Source: a virus
Taxonomy: Duplodnaviria > Caudoviricetes
Reading direction: 5' to 3' (one strand)
DNA length: 55,653 bases
Virus record (IMG/VR): IMGVR_UViG_3300011114_000465
Location: 1 to 55,653 of that record
A program made the position numbers and the translations under genes. Under the pieces are notes generated by a model. It was given only the letters and a program-made list of their open reading frames with translations. It was not told the DNA's origin and did no database searches. This document shows positions 24,080 through 32,022 of this stretch, piece after piece. Position 1 is the first letter of the stretch. Every line of letters starts with the position of its first letter.

Positions 24080-26097
24080 TCAATCTCCTTCATGTAATAG
24101 TCTGTTGCAAATCCATCGGCACGCAAGGGTAAGCCTGGTGCCCAACTAATTGATCGGCCCATGATCTCTTCGACCTTGGCCAAATCGGTTTCATGTGTTG
24201 TCTCAATGATGATCTCATCGTGAACCGTAAACAGTTGATCATGGCCACCAGCATCCAGGGCCAGCATCGACTCACGCAGACAGTCGCGTGCGATCGCCTG
24301 TGTGATGTTCTCCACCAGCTTGCCCCCATACGTTGCAAGCCTGGTCCACTGTTTGGTCTTCTGGTCCTGGCCTTCGTATGTCAACGACCCGGCACTGGCC
24401 ACCACATACACCCCGCCAGTCTTGCTGTTCTCCTTCACCAGGTCCTGGTTCTCTATCCGGGGTTTCACGTAGAACAGCTTGCGACCGCTTGGCAATTGGA
24501 TAGTGAGAAACCCTGATTCGTAGCGGAAAAACAACTTCGACTTGTGGTCGGCAATCTCCAGCGCGACCGCTGTCTTGTTGCTCACCGCCTGCTTGGCTGC
24601 ACGCTCGACTGCATACCAGAGCTGCACGATCTCAGGGTTGGCTTCGCGCCACGCCACCTTGATCGGGTCCAGCTCTTCTTCGGTCAGGCCCATGGACAAA
24701 GCACCCATGGTGGCCAAAGCGCCGACCCCGCCCTGGTAGCCTAGTGCCAACTCGGCGACCTTGCCACGCTGGCGGTATGGTGACTTCTTGTCAACGCTGC
24801 CAACAGTCAGCTTGAACATTTGCTCAGCCGATGCCTCGTAGATTTTGCCGTGGGTCTTGAACACTTGCAGCCGCCACTCAGACCAGCCCAGCCAAGCGAT
24901 CACGCGGGCCTCGATGGCACTGAAGTCGACCGACAGTAGGGTAGCCCCAGGGCGTGCGATAAAGGCCGTCCTGATGAGCTGTGACAGCGTGTCAGGTACT
25001 GTTCCAAACATCATGGCCAGGGTGTCGAAGTCGCGGGCCTTGACCAGCTTGCGTGCCAGGTCCAAATCCTTGAGCTTGTTCTGCGGCAGGTTCTGCACCT
25101 GGACGATCCGACCGGCCCAGCGACCGGTGCGGTTGGCCCCGTAGAACTGGGTCAGGCCACGCACGCGACCGTCGCGACAAACGGCCCGCTTCATGGCGCT
25201 GAACTTGGTCACGCTGGTCTTGGCCAACTCCTGGCGCAACAGCAGCACCTGGTGCACGGTCTTGTTGTCGGTATTGGCCAACAACGTGGGCACGGTCTTC
25301 TTGGTCAGATCGGTGATGGTGTCATCGTCTTCAGCTTCTTGCAGCCACTTCAGCAATTGGTTGCGGCTGTTCGGGTTGTCCAAGCCGGTGAGCTGGATGG
25401 CCTGGCTGGTCAGTCGTTCTTTGAATAGCTCGGCGCACTCGATGGCCGCATCGACCAAGACGGTGTCAAGCATTACGCCTCGCATCATCATGCGTTGATC
25501 CAAGTGCCACAAACGCCATTCGATTTCAGGCACTGGGAACTTGGCCAACCTGGTAGCGACCTCAGCTTCAGACTCAACGTCTCGCAAGCAGTAGTCTTTG
25601 AACAGCTGCCACTTGGCTGGGTCGTGGTGCGCCCGGTTGCGTGTGCGGCCACCGTTTGTTTTGGTCGGCTTGCATGGGATGCAGAAGTACCGAATCAGTC
25701 CCCAGCCTATGGCCATCTTCTGTTTGTCCGGGGTAATGCCCACAACCTTACCAACGTCGGCCAGGTTGCCCGGCAAGCCAAGGTAGAGGGCGTGCACACT
25801 TGTGCATCTCCACTGCTCGGGCTTGATGAGGTGCGGGCCAAAGTGTGACCCAATACAAGCCATCTCAAACGCTGCGTTAAATGCGGTCTTGATGATGGTC
25901 GGGTCCGTCAGTGCGTCCAGGATGTGGTCGGGCAACTGCTCGCCGTTGGCCAAGTCATACACGACAGTCTGGCCATCACCGTATTTGAAACCGAACAGCA
26001 TGATCTCGAAGTCGTCGCTCTCAACGTACTTGTGCACGCCACACTTTTTCAAGTCGACGCTGCTGTACGTCTCCAGGTCAATGCGAAGTGTGATCAT
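24076..26097 (-). CDS. Phage DNA polymerase, family A with 3'-5' exonuclease
   Basis: IDLETYS, DFSAIEAR, RQRGKVAELALGY, TVHDE; start set by ATGA overlap. Confidence 0.95.
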   Translation of the reverse strand: MITLRIDLETYSSVDLKKCGVHKYVESDDFEIMLFGFKYGDGQTVVYDLANGEQLPDHILDALTDPTIIKTAFNAAFEMACIGSHFGPHLIKPEQWRCTSVHALYLGLPGNLADVGKVVGITPDKQKMAIGWGLIRYFCIPCKPTKTNGGRTRNRAHHDPAKWQLFKDYCLRDVESEAEVATRLAKFPVPEIEWRLWHLDQRMMMRGVMLDTVLVDAAIECAELFKERLTSQAIQLTGLDNPNSRNQLLKWLQEAEDDDTITDLTKKTVPTLLANTDNKTVHQVLLLRQELAKTSVTKFSAMKRAVCRDGRVRGLTQFYGANRTGRWAGRIVQVQNLPQNKLKDLDLARKLVKARDFDTLAMMFGTVPDTLSQLIRTAFIARPGATLLSVDFSAIEARVIAWLGWSEWRLQVFKTHGKIYEASAEQMFKLTVGSVDKKSPYRQRGKVAELALGYQGGVGALATMGALSMGLTEEELDPIKVAWREANPEIVQLWYAVERAAKQAVSNKTAVALEIADHKSKLFFRYESGFLTIQLPSGRKLFYVKPRIENQDLVKENSKTGGVYVVASAGSLTYEGQDQKTKQWTRLATYGGKLVENITQAIARDCLRESMLALDAGGHDQLFTVHDEIIIETTHETDLAKVEEIMGRSISWAPGLPLRADGFATDYYMKEID

Positions 26098-26348
26098 TCC
26101 GCTGGCCTGGTATCGATAAACACCGGCGTGAGGTCGCCCATCCATGCGCCTATCGTGTTGAACTCGAAAAACTCTTCGGCATCTTCCCTGGACATATCGC
26201 GTGCCAGTATGTCGATCACTATGGTGCGGTCATAGGCAACGACCGGGTCCATACCAAACCTGTGTGCCACACCGATGATGGCCTCATCGAATGTGCTTGG
26301 CTCTAAAAATATTGCACTCTCTACTTCACTCATGATGCGTTCTCGCAT
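26094..26348 (-). CDS. Hypothetical protein
   Basis: AGGAG RBS; FDEAIIG..EFFEFN..GAW.G..TP conserved-looking phage family. Confidence 0.75.
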   Translation of the reverse strand: MRERIMSEVESAIFLEPSTFDEAIIGVAHRFGMDPVVAYDRTIVIDILARDMSREDAEEFFEFNTIGAWMGDLTPVFIDTRPAE

Positions 26349-26369
26349 AGCTGTTCTCCTGGTTAACTG

Positions 26370-26840
26370 TTTGATGAGAGGCCGGTTACTTTGAAGCCTA
26401 TCCCTTGCGGGACCTGCGTGATGCAGGGGAGCATGCTTGGCACAGGGAGCTCCAGCCCCTCATCAAAAAGTCCCCGTCTTTCCAGGGTGTCATGTCGGCT
26501 ACTCGCTGCACTGATTGCTATGCGCTTCACTTCAGAGTCACTCAGCATCCGCTTTTACCAACAAGGGTGAAGATTGCGGCCCCAGGTTCACGGTGCTCTA
26601 GAACACCCCCTCAGCAGATTAAGCAATCCCCACTCTTGTTAGTTGTTGGTGTCTGTGCGTCCGCATCAAGGCTGTGATAGCGGATATTCTTTACCTTTCA
26701 GATTGTCGCCTCGGTCGCTTTCGTTCGCTGCTCAGGGTCACTGAGCTTTCACCAACAAGGGTGAGGGCTGTGCGCTACCCCGAGAACTCCCGAAGTCAAC
26801 CCCCACTCTTGTTAGGCCCCGTCTTTCCGGGGTGTCATGG
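26370..26840 (-). ncRNA. Structured intergenic RNA: chain of long hairpins with duplicated modules
   Basis: Two copies of CATGACACCC(C/T)GGAAAGACGGGG, two of CTAACAAGAGTGGGG...TCACCCTTGTTGGT, plus a 16-bp closing stem; no credible ORF. Confidence 0.6.
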
Positions 26841-26844
26841 TTGA

Positions 26845-27060
26845 TTACTCCAATGGGTTAGTCGCAGGCTTTGGTGCCTTGGGAGCCTTCGGTGCTTTTG
26901 GCACTTGGGCTTCTTTGGCCAGGGCCTTTGTCTCATTCAGCATTTGCGTATGCAAATCCATCACAAGATCATGAATCTCGTCATGCGGGCGCTTGCGCAA
27001 CACCGCAATGATCAGCTCCAAGTTTTGCGCTGTCAGCTTGATGTTTAAGAACTGGATCAT
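26845..27060 (-). CDS. Hypothetical protein with KAP repeats
   Basis: Coupled to SSB gene. Confidence 0.65.
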   Translation of the reverse strand: MIQFLNIKLTAQNLELIIAVLRKRPHDEIHDLVMDLHTQMLNETKALAKEAQVPKAPKAPKAPKPATNPLE

Positions 27061-27602
27061 TTCAAAAAGTCCTCTACGTCATCGCTGAAGTCGTCCTCTG
27101 CGCGGCTGCGGCCAGACAGCGGTTCGCCATCAGCCAGCTTCTGCACATTGTTCAAACCACATGCGATACCCTTGTTGCCATCCACGCTGTACGCGTAGAA
27201 GTTAACCGACACGCGACCATAACAACCGCTGTAAACCTCATCAGCATCCATGATCTCGACCTTGTCAATGTCGATCACGCCAGGGCGTTGGTTGCTGTTG
27301 CAGTTAATGAAGTAGTGGCCCTTGTACTCAGGACTCTTTTCTACATCGCGGTCGGTGTCACCGTCGCGCAAAGGCAATTTGAAATTGGCCAAGAATTTAC
27401 CACCCCAAATTGACGTGCTCTTCGCGTCGGTCTTGACCGCGTCGACCGCGCCTTTGATCTTGTCGATCGTGGCTTTGTCGGACTTCGGAATCAAGATTGC
27501 CAAGCTGTATTTGTCCTTGTCATTTTTCTTGAAGATGTTGACGTAAGACAAACGCACCTTGCCGGTGACGATCTTCGTGCTTGCTGTTTGCTGTGTAGCC
27601 AT
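27057..27602 (-). CDS. ssDNA-binding protein (DUF2815)
   Basis: VRLSY, PLRDGD, VYSGCY, GLNNVQK..DGEPL, acidic tail. Confidence 0.92.
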   Translation of the reverse strand: MATQQTASTKIVTGKVRLSYVNIFKKNDKDKYSLAILIPKSDKATIDKIKGAVDAVKTDAKSTSIWGGKFLANFKLPLRDGDTDRDVEKSPEYKGHYFINCNSNQRPGVIDIDKVEIMDADEVYSGCYGRVSVNFYAYSVDGNKGIACGLNNVQKLADGEPLSGRSRAEDDFSDDVEDFLK

Positions 27603-27627
27603 TTAAGTGTTTTCCTTGTTCACTGGT

Positions 27628-28797
27628 TTACGAAAAATCTTCAACTGCTGATGCAGCCGAAGCGAGTGCTGGTCTTTTGTCCGAGACTTGGACCAGCGTT
27701 GGTTTGCCTTCAGGCTTGACGATAAGACCGTCAAGCAATTCAGCAAATTGCTTTTTACCAATCGCCTGCTGCATGGCCGTGAGGCCCAAGAGACTGCGTT
27801 CGTAAATAGTTGCTTCAGGTATGCCGGAAGCTATCAACTTTGCAGCGACCGCATCGGCGTTGCTGTACCTGCGGTTGCTGCGTCCTTCTACCAATTTAAA
27901 ACCTGGCACGATTGTGTTGTGCTCTGTTGCTTGCTTGAGTGCATACGCTTTCAAGTCGTTGAACCAATCGATCACCATGTCTGCTTTGGGTAGTATCTCT
28001 GCAATGCGATCCATTGAAAGGCTTGCCGGCAATGGTGGCTGCGCATCTTCGATCGGGCCAAACTCTTGTTGTGCAACCGCGATCGCTTGCTCTGCTCGCG
28101 CCGGGCATGTGAACCTGGCTTTGCAAAAGCAGCTGTTGCAGTGTTCGCCTGGAACGAATTCGCCACGGCCAAACCAAGCCTGTGTTGCGAGTGGCGCAAC
28201 AACATCATTGGCCCAGTCCATCAAGTCCTTGATGTGAATCTCTTCAGTGCCGAAGTTGTTAAGCCTTGGCTGCAACACCGTCATGCGCACGCGGAAGAGG
28301 TCATACAGGTGGCTCAATTCATTGACCGCACCCAAGCCATACAAACGCAGCTGGCTGTTCTCAAGCGGGTTAACGTAGATGCCCTTGCCATACTTCAGGT
28401 CCATCACTTCAACGATACCATCGGCCACGATCACCAGGTCACCAGTACCAAAGCCGTCGGGCACCCAGGTGCTGAAGTCCAACCGTCTTTCGACCATGAT
28501 GACCGGGTCCTTGCAGTCGAGTTTGATTTCCTCAATCCGTCGGATCGCAAACGCAACAGACTCAGCAACATAGTCGCGCAGCTCTTGGCTGTCAAAGTGC
28601 ATCAGCTCTTTGGGTAATGGGTCGACTGGTCGGCCCAGGTAGGTCAGCATCTCCTGCTCGAACACTGCATGGGCAAACGTGCCTTCGCGTGCGAACTCGC
28701 TACCCTCATCGGGGAACTGAGCTTCCAGGTTTGCACTGGGTGTGCACGTCATCCACTTCTCACTGCCGGATGCTGATAGCTTTGCGTGTGCTGTCAT
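27628..28797 (-). CDS. DUF2800 PD-(D/E)XK (Cas4-like) nuclease
   Basis: HAKLSAS..W..C, FGTGD, DLKYG, QLRLY, C..CFC...C. Confidence 0.9.
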   Translation of the reverse strand: MTAHAKLSASGSEKWMTCTPSANLEAQFPDEGSEFAREGTFAHAVFEQEMLTYLGRPVDPLPKELMHFDSQELRDYVAESVAFAIRRIEEIKLDCKDPVIMVERRLDFSTWVPDGFGTGDLVIVADGIVEVMDLKYGKGIYVNPLENSQLRLYGLGAVNELSHLYDLFRVRMTVLQPRLNNFGTEEIHIKDLMDWANDVVAPLATQAWFGRGEFVPGEHCNSCFCKARFTCPARAEQAIAVAQQEFGPIEDAQPPLPASLSMDRIAEILPKADMVIDWFNDLKAYALKQATEHNTIVPGFKLVEGRSNRRYSNADAVAAKLIASGIPEATIYERSLLGLTAMQQAIGKKQFAELLDGLIVKPEGKPTLVQVSDKRPALASAASAVEDFS

Positions 28798-28967
28798 GCT
28801 TGCCCCTTGAGTTTGCATTCATAAACTTTTTTGGCGACATAAAACTGCCCCATCTTTTCGCATTCTTCGCCAATGGTTGATGCTGATACTACCCATGCAA
28901 TTGCTGCCATAGACGCAACTGCAATTGATGTAACAACACCAAGTACAAAATCCGTAGAGTCCATCAT
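28794..28967 (-). CDS. Small membrane protein (57 aa)
   Basis: Read manually: MMDSTDFVLGVVTSIAVASMAAIAWVV...; coupled at both ends. Confidence 0.55.
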   Translation of the reverse strand: MMDSTDFVLGVVTSIAVASMAAIAWVVSASTIGEECEKMGQFYVAKKVYECKLKGQA

Positions 28968-29173
28968 GCCTCCCTCGCTAACATCATTGCGTCTGCCATT
29001 TCGTAGGCCCTACGAGAGACATACGCTTCATGGCTTTCTTTTGGCTTCATGTTGTATGACGTTTGAGGTGGCACCGTTGATATAGCTTTTGCCGCAAAGT
29101 AGTCACGTAATGTCATGCCGTCATACGACAACGGTTCGTGGGGGTGACAAGGAAATGCTGGTAAGGTGCTCAT
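28964..29173 (-). CDS. Conserved phage hypothetical protein
   Basis: PAFP..GMTLRDYFAAKA..AYEMADAM motif. Confidence 0.8.
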   Translation of the reverse strand: MSTLPAFPCHPHEPLSYDGMTLRDYFAAKAISTVPPQTSYNMKPKESHEAYVSRRAYEMADAMMLAREA

Positions 29174-29448
29174 TTGCCATACCTCGGTGCACAGGTTACA
29201 TCGACAGGGACTGTCGACAAAAAGCCGTTGATGCGGCGACGGGCCGTGATCATCACAGGGCGAAGGCCGCTCTCTTCGCATTCCTTCACGCTGTTGATGA
29301 CCTCGTTGCGTGTGAGCATGGTGATCTCTTTGTCGACGATCAGCTCAGTGTTTTGATATGTGTTGTGACTGGCGATGTGCGTGGGTTGCGGTGCAGGCGT
29401 AGAGCATGCAGTCAACGTGAGCACGGCCAGGATGGTAAGAGCTTTCAT
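29170..29448 (-). CDS. Lipoprotein
   Basis: MKALTILAVLTLTAC lipobox. Confidence 0.75.
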   Translation of the reverse strand: MKALTILAVLTLTACSTPAPQPTHIASHNTYQNTELIVDKEITMLTRNEVINSVKECEESGLRPVMITARRRINGFLSTVPVDVTCAPRYGK

Positions 29449-29729
29449 GCCTTCGCCTTTTCAATTGCTTCGAGTGCAGCGTACCTGATTTGATGCTTCT
29501 CGACTGAGTGCATCATGGCCAAAGAAAAAGCAAGCTGCCCTGCTTCTCGAATGTCAGGGTCCGAGTGCGATGCTATGGCAGCGCCAGCGATCTCAGCGCA
29601 AGAGCTGACAATCACTGCAATTGCAAAGGTCGCGCCCTCGCTTTCAACAAGATTGGCAAACTCTTTTAGCTGGCGCTCAACGCGTGCTTGCACGATCTCG
29701 GCAACACGATTGAGTTGTTGGTCGTTCAT
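29445..29729 (-). CDS. Hypothetical protein
   Basis: Coupled ORF. Confidence 0.6.
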   Translation of the reverse strand: MNDQQLNRVAEIVQARVERQLKEFANLVESEGATFAIAVIVSSCAEIAGAAIASHSDPDIREAGQLAFSLAMMHSVEKHQIRYAALEAIEKAKA

Positions 29730-29938
29730 ACAGGCACGCCAACAATGTTGGACGGGTCCATGCGGTTGTACCAAGCGATCGCATCGTCAGACACTTGCTT
29801 GGCGTTTGCGCTGATGTAGCTTGCAATGATCAGCGCAGGTGTCGGCACTTCTTCAATTGCTTCAGGTCGATCGAGTGCACCTTCAATGGTGAATTGATTG
29901 TCGGGTGCGTCTTTGATGATGATGGTTGCGATGGTCAA
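29726..29938 (-). CDS. Hypothetical protein
   Basis: GGAG RBS with TTG start. Confidence 0.55.
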   Translation of the reverse strand: MTIATIIIKDAPDNQFTIEGALDRPEAIEEVPTPALIIASYISANAKQVSDDAIAWYNRMDPSNIVGVPV

Positions 29939-29939
29939 T

Positions 29940-30287
29940 TTAAATCTCCAGTTCGGATGTGATCTGACAAATGTTGAGGTGCAGTCGTTCGAGGCGGCTG
30001 ACTTGATCGTTGAGCGATCCGACCAGGGGGCTGTAGCTGCGTTCAGGGCGCGGGTCTTTAGGGCCGACGGAGGGGCAGGGCTGGCGCAGGACATGCGTGC
30101 GCTGATCCAGTTCGTTGACTGCCTCGTCGATCGATCCAATCACTCGCATCAAGCGGTTCATGGTTTCGGCCATGGGCACTTCGCGTGCCAGGCTTGTGCC
30201 TGCGATCGCGCCGGAGCGAAGCTGTTGCTCTTGTGCGTAGGCGTCGCGCTTGGCCATCTCATCGGTTGCGTAGTTGCGGTCGTACAT
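29940..30287 (-). CDS. Hypothetical coiled-coil protein
   Basis: Coupled ORF. Confidence 0.65.
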   Translation of the reverse strand: MYDRNYATDEMAKRDAYAQEQQLRSGAIAGTSLAREVPMAETMNRLMRVIGSIDEAVNELDQRTHVLRQPCPSVGPKDPRPERSYSPLVGSLNDQVSRLERLHLNICQITSELEI

Positions 30288-30655
30288 TACAGAGCCTCCG
30301 CCTTGGCCATCAAGGCTGCGTAGTCTTCGGGTTTGACTTCAGTCAACTTGGCCACACCGAACTCAGCAATCAACGCAGCGACTTCAGTCTTCTTCCCTGC
30401 TTGGCTTATAGCGGTCAGCTTTGCCCGAACGGTTTCCAGGGTGATCGTCTCGACCGGTGCCTCGACCTTCGGAGGTGCTTCGGCTTGCTTCGCAGGTGCA
30501 GCGGATGCTTTCGCAGAAGAGGCACGGGGTGTAGTCTTTGGCGGTGCCTTTTCGGTCAGCTCGTCTAGGGGTGTTGAAGGTGGATAGTCTTTCAGCAGCT
30601 GTGTCACCACTGCGATTTGTTCCGACGTTGTCGGCACGATTGTGATTGTGATCAT
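30287..30655 (-). CDS. Replication-module protein with A/P/K linker and conserved C-terminal domain
   Basis: ITLETVRAKL..G....LIAEFG..KLTEV..EDY, typical upstream of DUF2800/DUF2815. Confidence 0.75.
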   Translation of the reverse strand: MITITIVPTTSEQIAVVTQLLKDYPPSTPLDELTEKAPPKTTPRASSAKASAAPAKQAEAPPKVEAPVETITLETVRAKLTAISQAGKKTEVAALIAEFGVAKLTEVKPEDYAALMAKAEAL

Positions 30656-30680
30656 TTGTCATCTCTCTTTTGAATGGGGT

Positions 30681-30869
30681 TTACTTGACGCGGCGAACGC
30701 GTTCTTCTAAAAACGGGGGTTTGATTTCGGGCTCTGGGTAGATGGGTTCTCTTCCTGTTGGCTGCCAGCCGAATCGTTTCCAGGTTGCCTGCACGTCCGC
30801 CCCTGGTGTCCACTTGAACTGGGGGTGTGACGCGGGTATCGTGGGTTCTGTGCGCCTAGCTCCTGCCAT
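30681..30869 (-). CDS. Hypothetical protein
   Basis: AGGAG RBS; DVQATWKRFGW motif. Confidence 0.7.
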   Translation of the reverse strand: MAGARRTEPTIPASHPQFKWTPGADVQATWKRFGWQPTGREPIYPEPEIKPPFLEERVRRVK

Positions 30870-30904
30870 GCTGTTTTCTCCTTGTTAACTGATTGGGTGG
30901 GCGG

Positions 30905-30961
30905 ATGATAGCATCACTTTCATGGGCCGTGTCAAATTTATTTTGAAAGTAGTGCTAACAT
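30905..30961. promoter_or_regulatory. Divergent promoters with inverted operator-like repeats
   Basis: Left: TTGACA-19-TATCAT with extended -10 TG; right: TGcTAACAT 8 nt before ATG; TAGCATCACTTTCA / TGAAAGTAGTGCTA inverted pair. Confidence 0.7.
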
Positions 30962-30969
30962 CGCGCCCC

Positions 30970-31197
30970 ATGACAACACGCGACATCATTAAAAAACTTG
31001 GAGGCCCCGTTTACGTGGGCTGGTATTTGGGTATCAACTCCCAGGCTGTGAGCCATTGGTCATCGAAGGATCGTATACCGGCTGCTCGCGTGCCTGAGCT
31101 GATGCTTCTATGCAACAGACTTGGCGTGAAGATTACGCCCAAACAAATGCGACCTGACATCAAATGGCACGGTATGACACAGCGTGGGTCTGTATGA
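30970..31197 (+). CDS. Cro/YdaS-like HTH regulator (probably leaderless)
   Basis: IIKKLGG..LGINSQAVSHW...IPAAR. Confidence 0.8.
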   Translation: MTTRDIIKKLGGPVYVGWYLGINSQAVSHWSSKDRIPAARVPELMLLCNRLGVKITPKQMRPDIKWHGMTQRGSV

Positions 31198-31391
31198 CAC
31201 AGACTCACTTCGACCTGGTGCTTTCCCTAGATGCCTTGCGTTCGATGATTGCGGGCGAGATACTTGAATTGCACATTGACGGAGACGTGATCATCACTTT
31301 GAAGTGCGATGACCCAACAGTTGAAAGTTTTCGTGACCACATCAACAAGGCAATGCTGGCATTGTTGCCGACACCACCACTTGTAAATTGA
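31194..31391 (+). CDS. Hypothetical protein
   Basis: ATGA coupling. Confidence 0.6.
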   Translation: MTQTHFDLVLSLDALRSMIAGEILELHIDGDVIITLKCDDPTVESFRDHINKAMLALLPTPPLVN

Positions 31392-31432
31392 ACCGGGCTG
31401 CGCGGATCGCAGTGTTTATTTTTGGAGACAGT

Positions 31433-31612
31433 ATGAGCACTAGGCTTGCTTACTTTGACGACCTTTTACGGGACTGCATGCGTGCAGTGCACGATGTAGG
31501 AATACCCGAAGAACACCACGGCGTTGTGATTGCAGCGTTGATTCAGTCTGACAGCTACAACGGTTTGCGCAAAGCGATGTTGCAAGCTGAAGCTAATCGG
31601 AGGGCTGCGTGA
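31433..31612 (+). CDS. Hypothetical protein
   Basis: GGAG RBS. Confidence 0.6.
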   Translation: MSTRLAYFDDLLRDCMRAVHDVGIPEEHHGVVIAALIQSDSYNGLRKAMLQAEANRRAA

Positions 31613-32022
31613 TGACACAAGAAATATTGAAGCTGTCACAGGCGGCGTTGGCAGGATTGAAAGATGTTAAGAAGCAAGTTCGTGAATTAGTTGCCGAAAA
31701 CAAAGCACTTAAAGAAGCCTTGGCACAGACGCAAGAGCCTGTGGCGCAACCGGCAAGCGAAGAAGATATGAAGATATACAAAACTATTGTCGCCAACTAT
31801 CACAAAGATTTGTCTACCCCACCACAGCGCACATGGGTAGGCAGTGGTGACCTCGAAGACTCAAACGCTTATTTAACACCACCACAGCGCACATGGGTAG
31901 GGCTTACCGAGGAAAGAGTCAAAGAGATATGGCTCAAAGGAAAAGACCACGGAGATGACTGGACAGATGTCTTGGCATTGGCTCGGTCGTTTGAAGCTGA
32001 ACTGAAGGGGCTCAACACATGA
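31609..32022 (+). CDS. Hypothetical protein with duplicated PPQRTWVG motif
   Basis: 23-bp direct repeat at 31819 and 31879. Confidence 0.7.
   Translation: MMTQEILKLSQAALAGLKDVKKQVRELVAENKALKEALAQTQEPVAQPASEEDMKIYKTIVANYHKDLSTPPQRTWVGSGDLEDSNAYLTPPQRTWVGLTEERVKEIWLKGKDHGDDWTDVLALARSFEAELKGLNT

Noticed and set aside
24076-26097. Intein or intron in polymerase (or terminase)
   Set aside because: ORFs are continuous and of normal length, with no splicing motifs
26370-26840. tRNA genes or TIGR-like array
   Set aside because: No cloverleaf/T-loop consensus; no regular short repeat units; no Nop-domain protein recognised
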